From Nitrospirota bacterium (GTDB lineage Bacteria > Nitrospirota > UBA9217), in the NCBI GenBank assembly GCA_963840455.1, contig CAWIYV010000011.1, positions 160,001 to 224,000 on the forward strand: a stretch of DNA of 64,000 nucleotides, in the 5' to 3' direction. Made by a program: the position numbers and the translations under genes. This document shows, one piece after another, positions 1 through 9,034 of the stretch. The stretch's first letter is position 1. Each line of letters begins with the position of its first letter. The notes beneath the pieces are model-generated. The model was not told the DNA's origin. It saw only the letters and a program-made list of their open reading frames with translations, and ran no database searches.

Positions 1-279
1 AGAAATAGCATCGTTCTCTTTAATATGATCTGTCTTGCCCTTTGCGTTCTCATTCAGGTGCGGAATCGCGGATTCAGGAGGAGGAACTAGATAAGATGTG
101 CCTTCCTCCTTACGCTGGTTGCGAAGAACGTTATCGGAAATGGTTTCCTCTCCCTTTGTTTGTTCCGGGGAAAGCTCCTCAGTATTGGTCCATAGAGCAT
201 TGTGGACAGACGGACTTATGGAGAAATGATGGCAACTTCCGTTGATCCTGCTCACGATTTGTCGTAAATATCCGCTCAT
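1..279 (-). CDS. Hypothetical eCIS-locus protein, N-terminal part (runs off window)
   Basis: ATG at 279-277 overlaps the TGA of the upstream ORF (ATGA). Open to the window edge: MSGYLRQIVSRINGSCHHFSISPSV...; not in the ORF track because it is truncated. Confidence 0.7.
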   Translation of the reverse strand, partial: MSGYLRQIVSRINGSCHHFSISPSVHNALWTNTEELSPEQTKGEETISDNVLRNQRKEEGTSYLVPPPESAIPHLNENAKGKTDHIKENDAIS

Positions 280-1076
280 GAATGCCCCCTTTGTCGGACT
301 GAGGATCCGGTGTCGGCCAGGTCCACATACATGAGCCTCACGCTCCGGGGCAACGATAGGATCTCGTTGAGGCTCCAGCCATAGGTGCGTGCGAGCCGGT
401 CCACTTCACGGGCAAGAAGCTTTTTGCCGCTTCCAAGGGCAGTAAGGAGGAAATACTGGATGTCGAAATGTACTACCTGTTGCTCACCACACTCAGGACA
501 TCGTGCGTCCATATCAAGATCCAGCAGGGGGGCCGCTTCTTCCATCGCGCGCTCTATGGCATCCGGGTCGTCTTGAGTTTGTCTGTTAATGACACAGCGC
601 TGGAGTAGCACGTTAATAGCTCGGTCTGGTTCTATTTCCAACACGGCGCATTCATCCTCTCCGGTAGGAAGCCGGAAGCAGGTGCCTTCCGGCAGGGTAA
701 AAACGCCGTCATGCTCCTGCTGAGTATGCGCGTGTTTCACGTTCCGGGCCAAGTGGTCAAGCAGGGCGCCAAGGTCAAAGCCCACATCAAAGGGGGCCTT
801 GCATTTCCTGCACATCACAGTACTTTCGATTGTTGACCCGTATGTGCGCGAATATATCTCGGCCAACAGCCGATCCCGCTCTGCTGTTGGCAATTTCTTG
901 GCAGTGCCAGATACAACATTGGAGCCTGGATCATTCACGAGGAGTCGATCCAGCAGGTGGATGGCCTCCATCGTCCCAAGGCCGCCCATATCCTGTTCGT
1001 CATGGCCGCATATTTCCCTCAAAGTTGCCCAGTGACAGTTCGGCATGAAGCATATTGGCACTTGATAGATCGACAT
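276..1076 (-). CDS. T4 baseplate-hub assembly chaperone-like protein of contractile injection system loci
   Basis: RLPTGEDE, CPECG and C-terminal EVDRLARTYGWSLNEILSLP motifs are typical of the protein following the tube gene in eCIS loci. Confidence 0.75.
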   Translation of the reverse strand: MSIYQVPICFMPNCHWATLREICGHDEQDMGGLGTMEAIHLLDRLLVNDPGSNVVSGTAKKLPTAERDRLLAEIYSRTYGSTIESTVMCRKCKAPFDVGFDLGALLDHLARNVKHAHTQQEHDGVFTLPEGTCFRLPTGEDECAVLEIEPDRAINVLLQRCVINRQTQDDPDAIERAMEEAAPLLDLDMDARCPECGEQQVVHFDIQYFLLTALGSGKKLLAREVDRLARTYGWSLNEILSLPRSVRLMYVDLADTGSSVRQRGHS

Positions 1077-1099
1077 GACACCTTTTTACTCGTGATCGA

Positions 1100-1606
1100 T
1101 TACTTCTCTGTTGGTTCGGGAACTTCGACATCGCGCTCCCAACCTTCATTCTGCACGACCATGGATTCGATGGCCACGGAGTTTCCTCCGGCATCCAGCT
1201 CCGGCAATGCCGTATACTCGGAAACCCAGCAGCGATACACCTTGTACGCCTTTGCCACGCTTCCTTGCTCGTTCAGAAGCTCAATGATGATGTCTTTGCG
1301 GAAGTTCTTGAGAGAGATGGCGGCGTCGCCTCCGGTGTTGTAGATGAGCTTTGCCCAGTTCTCGAACTCCACATCGTGCGTCACGCCGCGCTCAAGGTGG
1401 ATGGGCTCAAATTTCCATTTCGACGGTGCAACGCGTGAAGTACTTGGATCGCCTCCCTCGCGGTGCGTGACCGGCTCCGTCGACTGCTTCAGAGCGCCGA
1501 TCTTGCTGACACCCGCGACGTATTTGCCGTCCCACTTGATCCGGAACTTGAAGTTCTTGTACGGATCGAATCGATGCGCATTAACGGGGAATTGTGGCGC
1601 GCCCAT
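1100..1606 (-). CDS. Phage tail tube protein (T4 gp19-like, eCIS inner tube)
   Basis: RFDPYKNFKFRIKWDG...HREGGD...LERGVTHD..FENWA...ELDA motifs. Confidence 0.93.
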   Translation of the reverse strand: MGAPQFPVNAHRFDPYKNFKFRIKWDGKYVAGVSKIGALKQSTEPVTHREGGDPSTSRVAPSKWKFEPIHLERGVTHDVEFENWAKLIYNTGGDAAISLKNFRKDIIIELLNEQGSVAKAYKVYRCWVSEYTALPELDAGGNSVAIESMVVQNEGWERDVEVPEPTEK

Positions 1607-1633
1607 ATCATTTTCTCCTTTTTTTACAGTATG

Positions 1634-4180
1634 TTAGACTTGGACCTGTCCAGCCATCTGCTGTAGTTTGATAATTACGAATTCTGCCGGCTTGAGAGGT
1701 GCAAAGCCCACGTGAATGTTGACTATGCCAAGATTGATGTCATTCTGCGTCGTCGTCTCCTTGTCGCATTTGACAAAATAGGCATCTCGCGGCACCTGGC
1801 CCTGGAACGCTCCCTGCCGGAAGAGATCGTGCATGAACGCCCCGACGTTGAGGCGAATCTGCGACCAGAGTGGCTCGTCGTTGGGTTCAAAGACAACCCA
1901 TTTTAGATTTCGATAGAGAGTTTCTTCTATGAAGAGAGCCAATCTCTTAACGGGTATATATTTATACTCGCTCGCAAAACTGTCATCGCCATCCATGGTG
2001 CGTGCGCCCCAATTGACAATGCCGTTGGGGAATAGTCGCAAGGTATTGACCGCTTTGGGATTCATGTAACCATTTTCTGTATCTGAAAAATTATACTCTA
2101 GGCCTTGTACACCTCTCAGATCGGCTTCGGTTCCTGCCGGGGCTTTCCACACGCCACGGGCGCTATCGATGCGCGCCATGAGTCCGGCAATGGCACCACT
2201 CGGGCCGATTGTTACAGTACCACCGTTTTCACGCACTTTGATTCTTGGAAAAAATACAGCACTCGAGTTCTTTACTAGTCCAATTCGCAGTGAATTTACT
2301 CCATCAGTGGGACTGACAGCGATATTAGAATCCTTCCATTTCTCAGGTGGATCAATCAGGAGGAACGCTCGACGTTTTTCACAAAAAACACTTGCAGGCG
2401 GCCAAAGACTTGCTGATGTCTTATCATCATGATCTCTATCTTTTGGCAAAACCATTATATTGAACAAATCCACTTCGCTGTCGATAATCTTAAAAGCTTT
2501 TTCATAATCAGGCAACTGAGGTGTGCCGCCATCATTTCCCGCTATCCCGGGAACAACCTGACATGCGCTGGATCCGCTGGTGCCGAGGCAATAGCATCGC
2601 GTATTTTTTATGAAGCTTGGACCGACATCTTTTCCTCCACCTGCTATGCTGCTCGTGCTGATATTCGTTGATATGTTTTCAGTTTTTTCAGTGCTCTTTA
2701 TTACGAGGCGTGCGCCCCACACCTCAGCACTCCAGACAAAATCCCGTTTTTTTACCCGCACGCTGTTAATTGCTTCCGCAATTATATTCAGCTTTTCTCT
2801 GACACCCCGGGCACCATTATTTACGTTTGTCGCGCTACTATCGTGATACATACTTGCCACGTTACCCGACGGCAAGGGAGGGGTCGTCGTGAGTTTGTAA
2901 GGCCCTGTTAAATCAATATCGGTTCCAGCAATCGTAATTCTGTCAAAAGCTGTTTGATCAGATTGGGAAAATTCATCGAGATCATCTATGTTAAACGTGC
3001 CTCCTGATGGATCTGTCGGGCGAAAGACGATTCCGTTTGGGGCCGGTCGCTTTTTAGCATATTTAGATATTTCAAGCCCACCTAGAGCCGGACCCAGCAT
3101 CAGAGGGGCGGCGAGGTCTTTATCAGCCGCCGGCTCAATAAGTACATCTCCTTTGGCTGATGCGATAATAATGTAGTAAGTAATTTGATTATCCTGACCT
3201 GGATAGCTGTTCGGGCCTGTATAGAAGGGAAGTGCAGTAAGCCCGGCCGGGGTATAACTAGAATTTATGCATACGTATACCTTCGCTCCAAATGCGAGAC
3301 TGTCGTTAATAGTCTTCTCGACCACACCCCCTATGTTATTCCATATTGTATCGTTAGTATATAATTGCATATTCGCGGCGCCACCGCTCCCGTAAATGGG
3401 ATGAGCCGCATCAAGAAATGTAATAGCGGATAGATCGACATCTACAAAAGGATTACCGTCAACGCTGATTCTGAATTTATTTCCAAGTGCATTAGCATTG
3501 GCCCCAAACAGTTGTGAAATTTGTTGGGCAAAAAAAGGATGGTCATTGTTTTTAGCGGAAATCGGTCTCCCCGATTGTGAGTACCCATAAGCCGCTTCAG
3601 TTCCGGGGCCGCCGCTGACATCTGTAATGTCGACTAAGGCCGAGTTTTGAGTTACAAGCGTCGGTGCAAATCGTGGGCTATTCGGATCCATGCATAATTC
3701 TCGATATATCTCGCTCTCAGATTCAGAGAGAGAATCTCCTCTCTTTATCATTCGGAATACTCTGAGATTGAAAGTGGACTCTGGTCGTTGGGTATTGTAG
3801 TCAACGGCAATACGAATTTCATCTCCGGCAACACCCGCTGATTTAGCAGTGATCTTTATAGAGTCGGCACTGGCATCTTCGTTTTTTATTGTTATTTCAG
3901 ACTTTCTCCATGTGTTATCTGCGATGCGCATGACATAACAATCTGTCCCGCCGTTCATAAAAAACATTTTCACCGCTCTCACGAGGTCGCTTCCGGCGTC
4001 AAGAGCTGTAAATTTCCGTTCGAACGCATCAAAGCTTGAACATCGATTCGGTTTGAACAATTCGCCTTTCTTCGCTCGGCCAATGAACATCGCAGTTGAA
4101 GTTCCAACTCCTACAATGGTTCTTACTCCACTTGGGATTTCTTCTACATAAACGCCCGGATACGTCGGATTTACTGGCAT
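1634..4180 (-). CDS. Phage tail sheath protein (contractile), 848 aa with large internal insertion
   Basis: N-terminal YPGVYVEE; C-terminal RGVWKAPAG, WGART, WVVFEPND, GFAPLKPAEFV. RBS AGGAGG upstream. Confidence 0.95.
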   Translation of the reverse strand: MPVNPTYPGVYVEEIPSGVRTIVGVGTSTAMFIGRAKKGELFKPNRCSSFDAFERKFTALDAGSDLVRAVKMFFMNGGTDCYVMRIADNTWRKSEITIKNEDASADSIKITAKSAGVAGDEIRIAVDYNTQRPESTFNLRVFRMIKRGDSLSESESEIYRELCMDPNSPRFAPTLVTQNSALVDITDVSGGPGTEAAYGYSQSGRPISAKNNDHPFFAQQISQLFGANANALGNKFRISVDGNPFVDVDLSAITFLDAAHPIYGSGGAANMQLYTNDTIWNNIGGVVEKTINDSLAFGAKVYVCINSSYTPAGLTALPFYTGPNSYPGQDNQITYYIIIASAKGDVLIEPAADKDLAAPLMLGPALGGLEISKYAKKRPAPNGIVFRPTDPSGGTFNIDDLDEFSQSDQTAFDRITIAGTDIDLTGPYKLTTTPPLPSGNVASMYHDSSATNVNNGARGVREKLNIIAEAINSVRVKKRDFVWSAEVWGARLVIKSTEKTENISTNISTSSIAGGGKDVGPSFIKNTRCYCLGTSGSSACQVVPGIAGNDGGTPQLPDYEKAFKIIDSEVDLFNIMVLPKDRDHDDKTSASLWPPASVFCEKRRAFLLIDPPEKWKDSNIAVSPTDGVNSLRIGLVKNSSAVFFPRIKVRENGGTVTIGPSGAIAGLMARIDSARGVWKAPAGTEADLRGVQGLEYNFSDTENGYMNPKAVNTLRLFPNGIVNWGARTMDGDDSFASEYKYIPVKRLALFIEETLYRNLKWVVFEPNDEPLWSQIRLNVGAFMHDLFRQGAFQGQVPRDAYFVKCDKETTTQNDINLGIVNIHVGFAPLKPAEFVIIKLQQMAGQVQV

Positions 4181-4220
4181 GGGAAAACCTCCTTAACTTA
4201 TGGCTGATTAGTATCAGAAT

Positions 4221-4514
4221 TTACTTATCATGTTCGATGTCATTTAGGATCTTATGTATTACCTCAGCCTTATGTTCGTTAAGTCGATAGCGTATTCGTG
4301 AATACGAATCCTTCCATGTCAGAATGAACTTTTGGTCGACAAGTCTGGCAATCGCCTCTTCGACCAAGTCTCGCTGATACTTGATCTTCCTTTCCAGCAG
4401 CCACCACTGAACGATACCCTCCAAGGTATCCTGTGCATCAGGGTGGTCTGCCAGATACGCCAGGATCTCCTGTGCTATCTGTGTTTTGTCGGGAAGACAG
4501 AGGTCGCCTTTCAC
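4221..4514 (-). CDS. Small winged-helix-like protein leading the eCIS operon
   Basis: EILAYLADHPDAQDTLEGIVQWWL motif. The ORF-track TTG (4532) lies inside the sigma-54 promoter, so GTG at 4514 is a more plausible start. Confidence 0.65.
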   Translation of the reverse strand: MKGDLCLPDKTQIAQEILAYLADHPDAQDTLEGIVQWWLLERKIKYQRDLVEEAIARLVDQKFILTWKDSYSRIRYRLNEHKAEVIHKILNDIEHDK

Positions 4515-4527
4515 GATATTATCTATT

Positions 4528-4543
4528 TGCAACTGATATGCCG
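4528..4543 (-). promoter_or_regulatory. Sigma-54 (-24/-12) promoter for the eCIS operon
   Basis: - strand CGGCATATCAGTTGCA = GG-N10-GC with TTGCA -12 box. It lies just downstream of a sigma-54 activator gene. Confidence 0.8.
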
Positions 4544-4780
4544 TACAACATTGGGAGAAAGCGCGCGCCTCGCAAAACCATTTTATTGTTAAGAATCAAC
4601 GCGGAAAGGGTAAGTCTAAAAGCGGAAGGATCGCAAAGGATCGCAACTGAATGACTCTCGACGACAAGCTGCCAGATGACAGGTGGAGGTTTTTATCCGG
4701 GTGATTGTGCTGCAGATTGCGCAAGAGGCTGATGATCAAGGAGATTGCTGCTAGGACAGAAATGTCATGGTACGGCGTAT

Positions 4781-6205
4781 CTATATCCTGGATTTTGGCG
4801 AATGTGGCTTGAAAGTTTCTCCATCGATCTCGTACTTCCGCATGAGTTCCCAGAAGGCACGGCGGTTTTTCTGTGCGGCCTGCGCTGCTTTCGTTATATT
4901 TCCCTGATAGGTCTGCAGCAGTCCCTGCATATATCGTTTCTCGAAATCCGCGATCACTTTCGCTTTTTCCGCCCGGAACGAGTCTCGTTGGTTTTCGGTA
5001 TCCGCATGAGGAAGACAAATATCTGTTTCCTTCAGACTGTTGCCCTGAGAGAAGATCACTGCTCGTTTTATTATATTTTCCAACTCCCGCACGTTGCCCG
5101 GCCAGTCGTATCTACAGAGCTTCTGTATCGCCCTGGGCGTCAGATCATTGATCTGTTTTCCCGCTTCATCCGCTGACTCTTCAAGAAAATGGCGTGTCAG
5201 GAGCGGCAGGTCGTCTATCCGCTCCCTGAGAGGCGGCAGCGGTACATGTATGATGCTCAGCCGATAGAAGAGATCCTGCCGGAACCTGCCGGTCTTCACT
5301 GCCTGATCAAGCTCCGTGTTTGCCGCAACAATGATACGCACGTCGGCCCGCTGCACTTTTGACGACCCAAGCTTTCTATATTCTTTTTCCTGAAGGAAGC
5401 GAAGGAGCTTGACCTGGGCCTGGAGCGGCAGGCAGTCTATCTCATCAAGGAACAGCGTTCCCTCGTCAGCCTCGCTGATCAGCCCGTCATGAGAATGGGT
5501 CGCACCCGTATAGGCCCCGCGGACATGGCCGAAGAGCTCGTTTTCCACAAGGTCGGTGGGAATGGCGCCGCAGTTCACCGGCAGGAAAGGCTTACCCGCC
5601 CGGGGGCCAAGGTAGTGAATCGCACGAGCGCACAGTTCCTTGCCGGTACCGGTCTCGCCTGATATTTGCACACAAACGTCGCTCTGAGCTATCAAGGGGA
5701 TCGTATTGATGACCTCCCGGAACACGGCGCTTTCGCCGATCATTTGCTGCAGACCGATTTTCGTTTTGAGCGTGTGCGTGAGCGTCGTTCTTCGTTGTGC
5801 GTGATCGACCAATCGCCACAAGCGCGGAAGGATATCAACAGCTCTCAGAGGGCCAGGAATATAGTCGGCCGCACCGAGCTTGAGATATTCTATGGCCTCA
5901 TCGGGATCACTCGCTTCGCTTACAATAACGAGTGGAACATTGGGCTTCTTCTTGTTTAATATTGAGATTATACGGCCGACCTCGGCAGGTGGTATTGAGG
6001 AAGAAACGAGGAAATGAACATCGCCGTCTTCGATGTATTTTTTTGCATGGCTATTTATGTGGTCAACCAGGTCTGATGCAGTTGTATACGGGCATTTGAG
6101 ATGATTTACTAGAATGTTCGGTGAGCTCGCAAGAATATCGTCGAGAGTGATCCCTAGCTCAGCAGATGGGTGAATATCCAGTAGGAGTATCCTCATATTT
6201 TTCAT
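4781..6205 (-). CDS. Sigma-54-dependent enhancer-binding protein (degenerate REC + AAA+ + Fis-type HTH)
   Basis: GETGTGKE Walker A, ELFGHVRGAYTGA, LFLDEID, WPGNVRELEN, C-terminal HTH. Confidence 0.93.
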   Translation of the reverse strand: MKNMRILLLDIHPSAELGITLDDILASSPNILVNHLKCPYTTASDLVDHINSHAKKYIEDGDVHFLVSSSIPPAEVGRIISILNKKKPNVPLVIVSEASDPDEAIEYLKLGAADYIPGPLRAVDILPRLWRLVDHAQRRTTLTHTLKTKIGLQQMIGESAVFREVINTIPLIAQSDVCVQISGETGTGKELCARAIHYLGPRAGKPFLPVNCGAIPTDLVENELFGHVRGAYTGATHSHDGLISEADEGTLFLDEIDCLPLQAQVKLLRFLQEKEYRKLGSSKVQRADVRIIVAANTELDQAVKTGRFRQDLFYRLSIIHVPLPPLRERIDDLPLLTRHFLEESADEAGKQINDLTPRAIQKLCRYDWPGNVRELENIIKRAVIFSQGNSLKETDICLPHADTENQRDSFRAEKAKVIADFEKRYMQGLLQTYQGNITKAAQAAQKNRRAFWELMRKYEIDGETFKPHSPKSRI

Positions 6206-7656
6206 GGTGTCTGCCTTGGATTAATTTGCATAGGTTAGGTACCTGCCTGCGAGATAGGCATCCGGCAGGAGGCTTCGGAATGCTTCGTCCGAAGTGCATG
6301 AATTGTTTTTCGCTGCTAGCGGGTTATTTGTGCTTGCAATTCAGGAGACAATGCCCTCCTGGGTTTCTCAATATATCCGACTCGGCGATCCAGTCATGGC
6401 CGTCGGGTCTTCAACAAGTGAAGACGAACACATGCACCTAGATGCTCGGTTTCCTGTCCAGCATGATCAGCGCCTGCGCTTCGCAGATCGCCTTGTGGAT
6501 TCAGAGCATTCGACCCACCAGCCCAAGCGCGCACTTTTTCGCATACCACGCCCGGAATTATTCCGTTCAAATGCCGGTAATCTCTTGGGTAGGCATCATA
6601 GGCCTCCTAGCGGGGCCATGCCTCGTCTTAAGTGTGACGGATTGCGGAACGCTTGCAGGCGATAGAGAAAGAGCCGTCCCGTAGCCCGTTCGCAATATTT
6701 GGGGCGTGACCGCATGGACCTCCTGAGCGCGTATGCGATCGTTTTTTAAAAGGGCAGCAAGGTAACATCTACTGCTATAAATGCCATGATTCTTATACAT
6801 CCACGATTCACAGTATCTCCAGTATCCGTCTTTATTGCACGTAGTTGTGGTGCATAGGAGACACCCGCACCCAATACGATAGGAGATTTTTTAATATTCA
6901 CGTGAGGAAAGACTCCCAATGATATCACTTGCGGCCAACCAATATCAGATTTGGTATCCATTTGATCATCATTGGTATAACGCGCACTTGCGAAATTTCC
7001 AAGGTCGATAACTGACGTGAATACACCCCAAGACCCAAATGTGTTGGTATACCAATTGGTAAACCCATTGCTAAGCTTGGTCAACCAACTGGTATCACGT
7101 GTATTTCTATATGATTGGGGAATGATATTTGTTGTGAAATCGAGGCCAACAGGGGCAAAGATTCCCATGGCGTTTCCGTCAGGCGCATCAACCGTAAATT
7201 CATAAGAGATTTGGCCGCCTACCAAGGCACCGATGGCGCTCACATTCTTCTTTTCTTTCATTGACCAGGCGCCCACGGGGGACGAAACATTGTTCAGCAC
7301 CGTCTTAACATCTTCTTTCGTTTTTACGTTTGCGAGTTCGGCCATTACGGGAATATACGTATAGAGAGGTTGCAGCGCCTCGAAGTTCTCCATGGTTTTA
7401 TTATTTTTAGGATCATACTTGTCGATTGCGCTTACGTTATCAGCTTTTAGCTGGCAAAGAATACATTCATCATTATCGTTGACCTTCTTTTTCTCTAAAC
7501 ACTTATTTTCTTCGTAGCAGGTATCCCGTTCCTTTTCATAATCCTTCTTCTGTTTCTTGTACTGATCCACGATCCATTTTGTTTTAAAAGTACAATCCAT
7601 ATCTGGAATACGCATGCGCATATCCTCGCAGAATTTAGTACTGCTGTAATTAATCA

Positions 7657-9034
7657 GGGTCTTCCGGGTTTAGTGTGGGTCCTTTTTGGCATCTGGGAGG
7701 AAGGAAGTCAGCACTTTGAGTCGCAGATACTCCCTGTCCTTGATGCCGTAGGCCCGACGTTGAATCACTCGTATCTTGTTGTTTAATCCCTCCATGAAGC
7801 CGAGGGAGACTTTGTGATCGGGATGGCAGTAGCTGATGATGCCATCCCAATGCCGCTCGATCATTGCAGCGAATTTCTGAAAGGGTTCCAAGCGGCTCCA
7901 TCGGAGCTGCGCTTTCCAGTTCTCAAAGAACTTCCGCGCCCAGGTCGGATTGTTGTACGACCAGAGCTGGCTGAAAGACTCTTTGAGAAGATAGGCCTTG
8001 TGGATACGGCTGTTGGCCTTGAGCAGGAGCGTCAAGGCCCGCTTGCCGTCCAAATCCAGGTTCTCCCGGTTGGAAAGCAGCGTGTACCGCTGGCCCTTGA
8101 TGAACCGTCGTTCTTTCTCACTGACACGTTTGTACTCGCGCCGCCTGACGTCATCCATGGCTCTTGAAAGATGATTCAGCACATGGAACTTATCGAAGAC
8201 AAGCTGGGCGGATGGCGCATGGTTCAGCGTGGAGTTTCTGAAGGGCTTCCACATGTCCATGACTGCGAGTTGGATGCTTTTCGCTCGATCCGGCCCGATT
8301 TCCTTGAAGAAGAGGTCCATATCCTCTTCCTTGCGGCCTTCGCCGCCAAGCCAGATCGGGCGCTGCTGATCCATGTCGGCGACGACGATCGCATAGGTAT
8401 GGCCCTTGGAGATGGAAACCTCGTCGATTCCGATGGCCCGAAGATTATCTGACGGCGGATGCTGGGCAACGAGCTGGCGCATATAGTTCTTCTCGATGCG
8501 CTGGACCTGGTCCCAGCTTAAGCGATTCATCTCGGCCACTCGGGCAATGGACATCTCCCGGCACTGGCGGCCGATGGCCTGCTCGAACCGCCCGGTAAAG
8601 CGCTTGGAGGATGCAAGCCATGCCAAGGTCTCTCGCTTCACGGCCTGGCACCTCTTGCAGCGCACCCGGCGGTACTCGAACTCCAAGTAGATGCTGATGC
8701 CGCCAGCGTCCAGGTCCCGGATCCGATGGGTCGTCCGATCGTAGAAGCCCTTTTGACGGTGCCCGCAGGAACAGGTCGTTTTTTTTGCCGCCGTCGAAGA
8801 ACAATAACGCGGCCACTTGGATCACCAGGGGCTTCCTTGAGCGTGGCGAGAGCTCGAAAACCGGGAAAACTGTAGAGCGACTGGAGCGAGGTCCTTTTCA
8901 TGAGACAAGACCTTACTCCCTGCACCCAAACGTGTCAAGTTTTCAAAGAACAAGCAAAGCGAGTTAACCGCACCAGTGGCGGATGAAATTGCTATCAGGG
9001 CCTAATTTAGGCCCATTGAAAAGTCGGAAGAGCC
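7657..9034 (-). mobile_element. ISL3-family insertion sequence, 1378 bp, 8-bp TSD ATTAATCA
   Basis: Imperfect IRs GGCTCTTCCGACTTTTCAATGGGCC / GGGTCTTCCGGGTTTAGTGTGGGTCC. ATTAATCA is present at 7649-7656 and 9035-9042. Confidence 0.93.
7670..8901 (-). CDS. ISL3 transposase (about 410 aa), needs -1 frameshift at A8 run 8779-8786
   Basis: IGIDE, MDMWKPF, VFDKFHV, EGLNNKIRVIQRRAYG motifs. N-terminal MKRTSL...RRRQKK joins KTTCSCG...RIRDL zinc-finger in the -1 frame. Confidence 0.9.

Noticed and set aside
276-4180. Prophage tail or T6SS
   Set aside because: Single-gene sheath and gp19-type tube with sigma-54 control; no head, integrase, or TssB/C/J/L/M genes in view. eCIS fits better, though the locus is truncated.
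6294-6684. ORFs between the activator and the WD40 gene
   Set aside because: No recognisable motifs. The - strand shows a stop-riddled frame (…FRAWYAKKCALGLVGRML…) that may be a relic but cannot be assigned.
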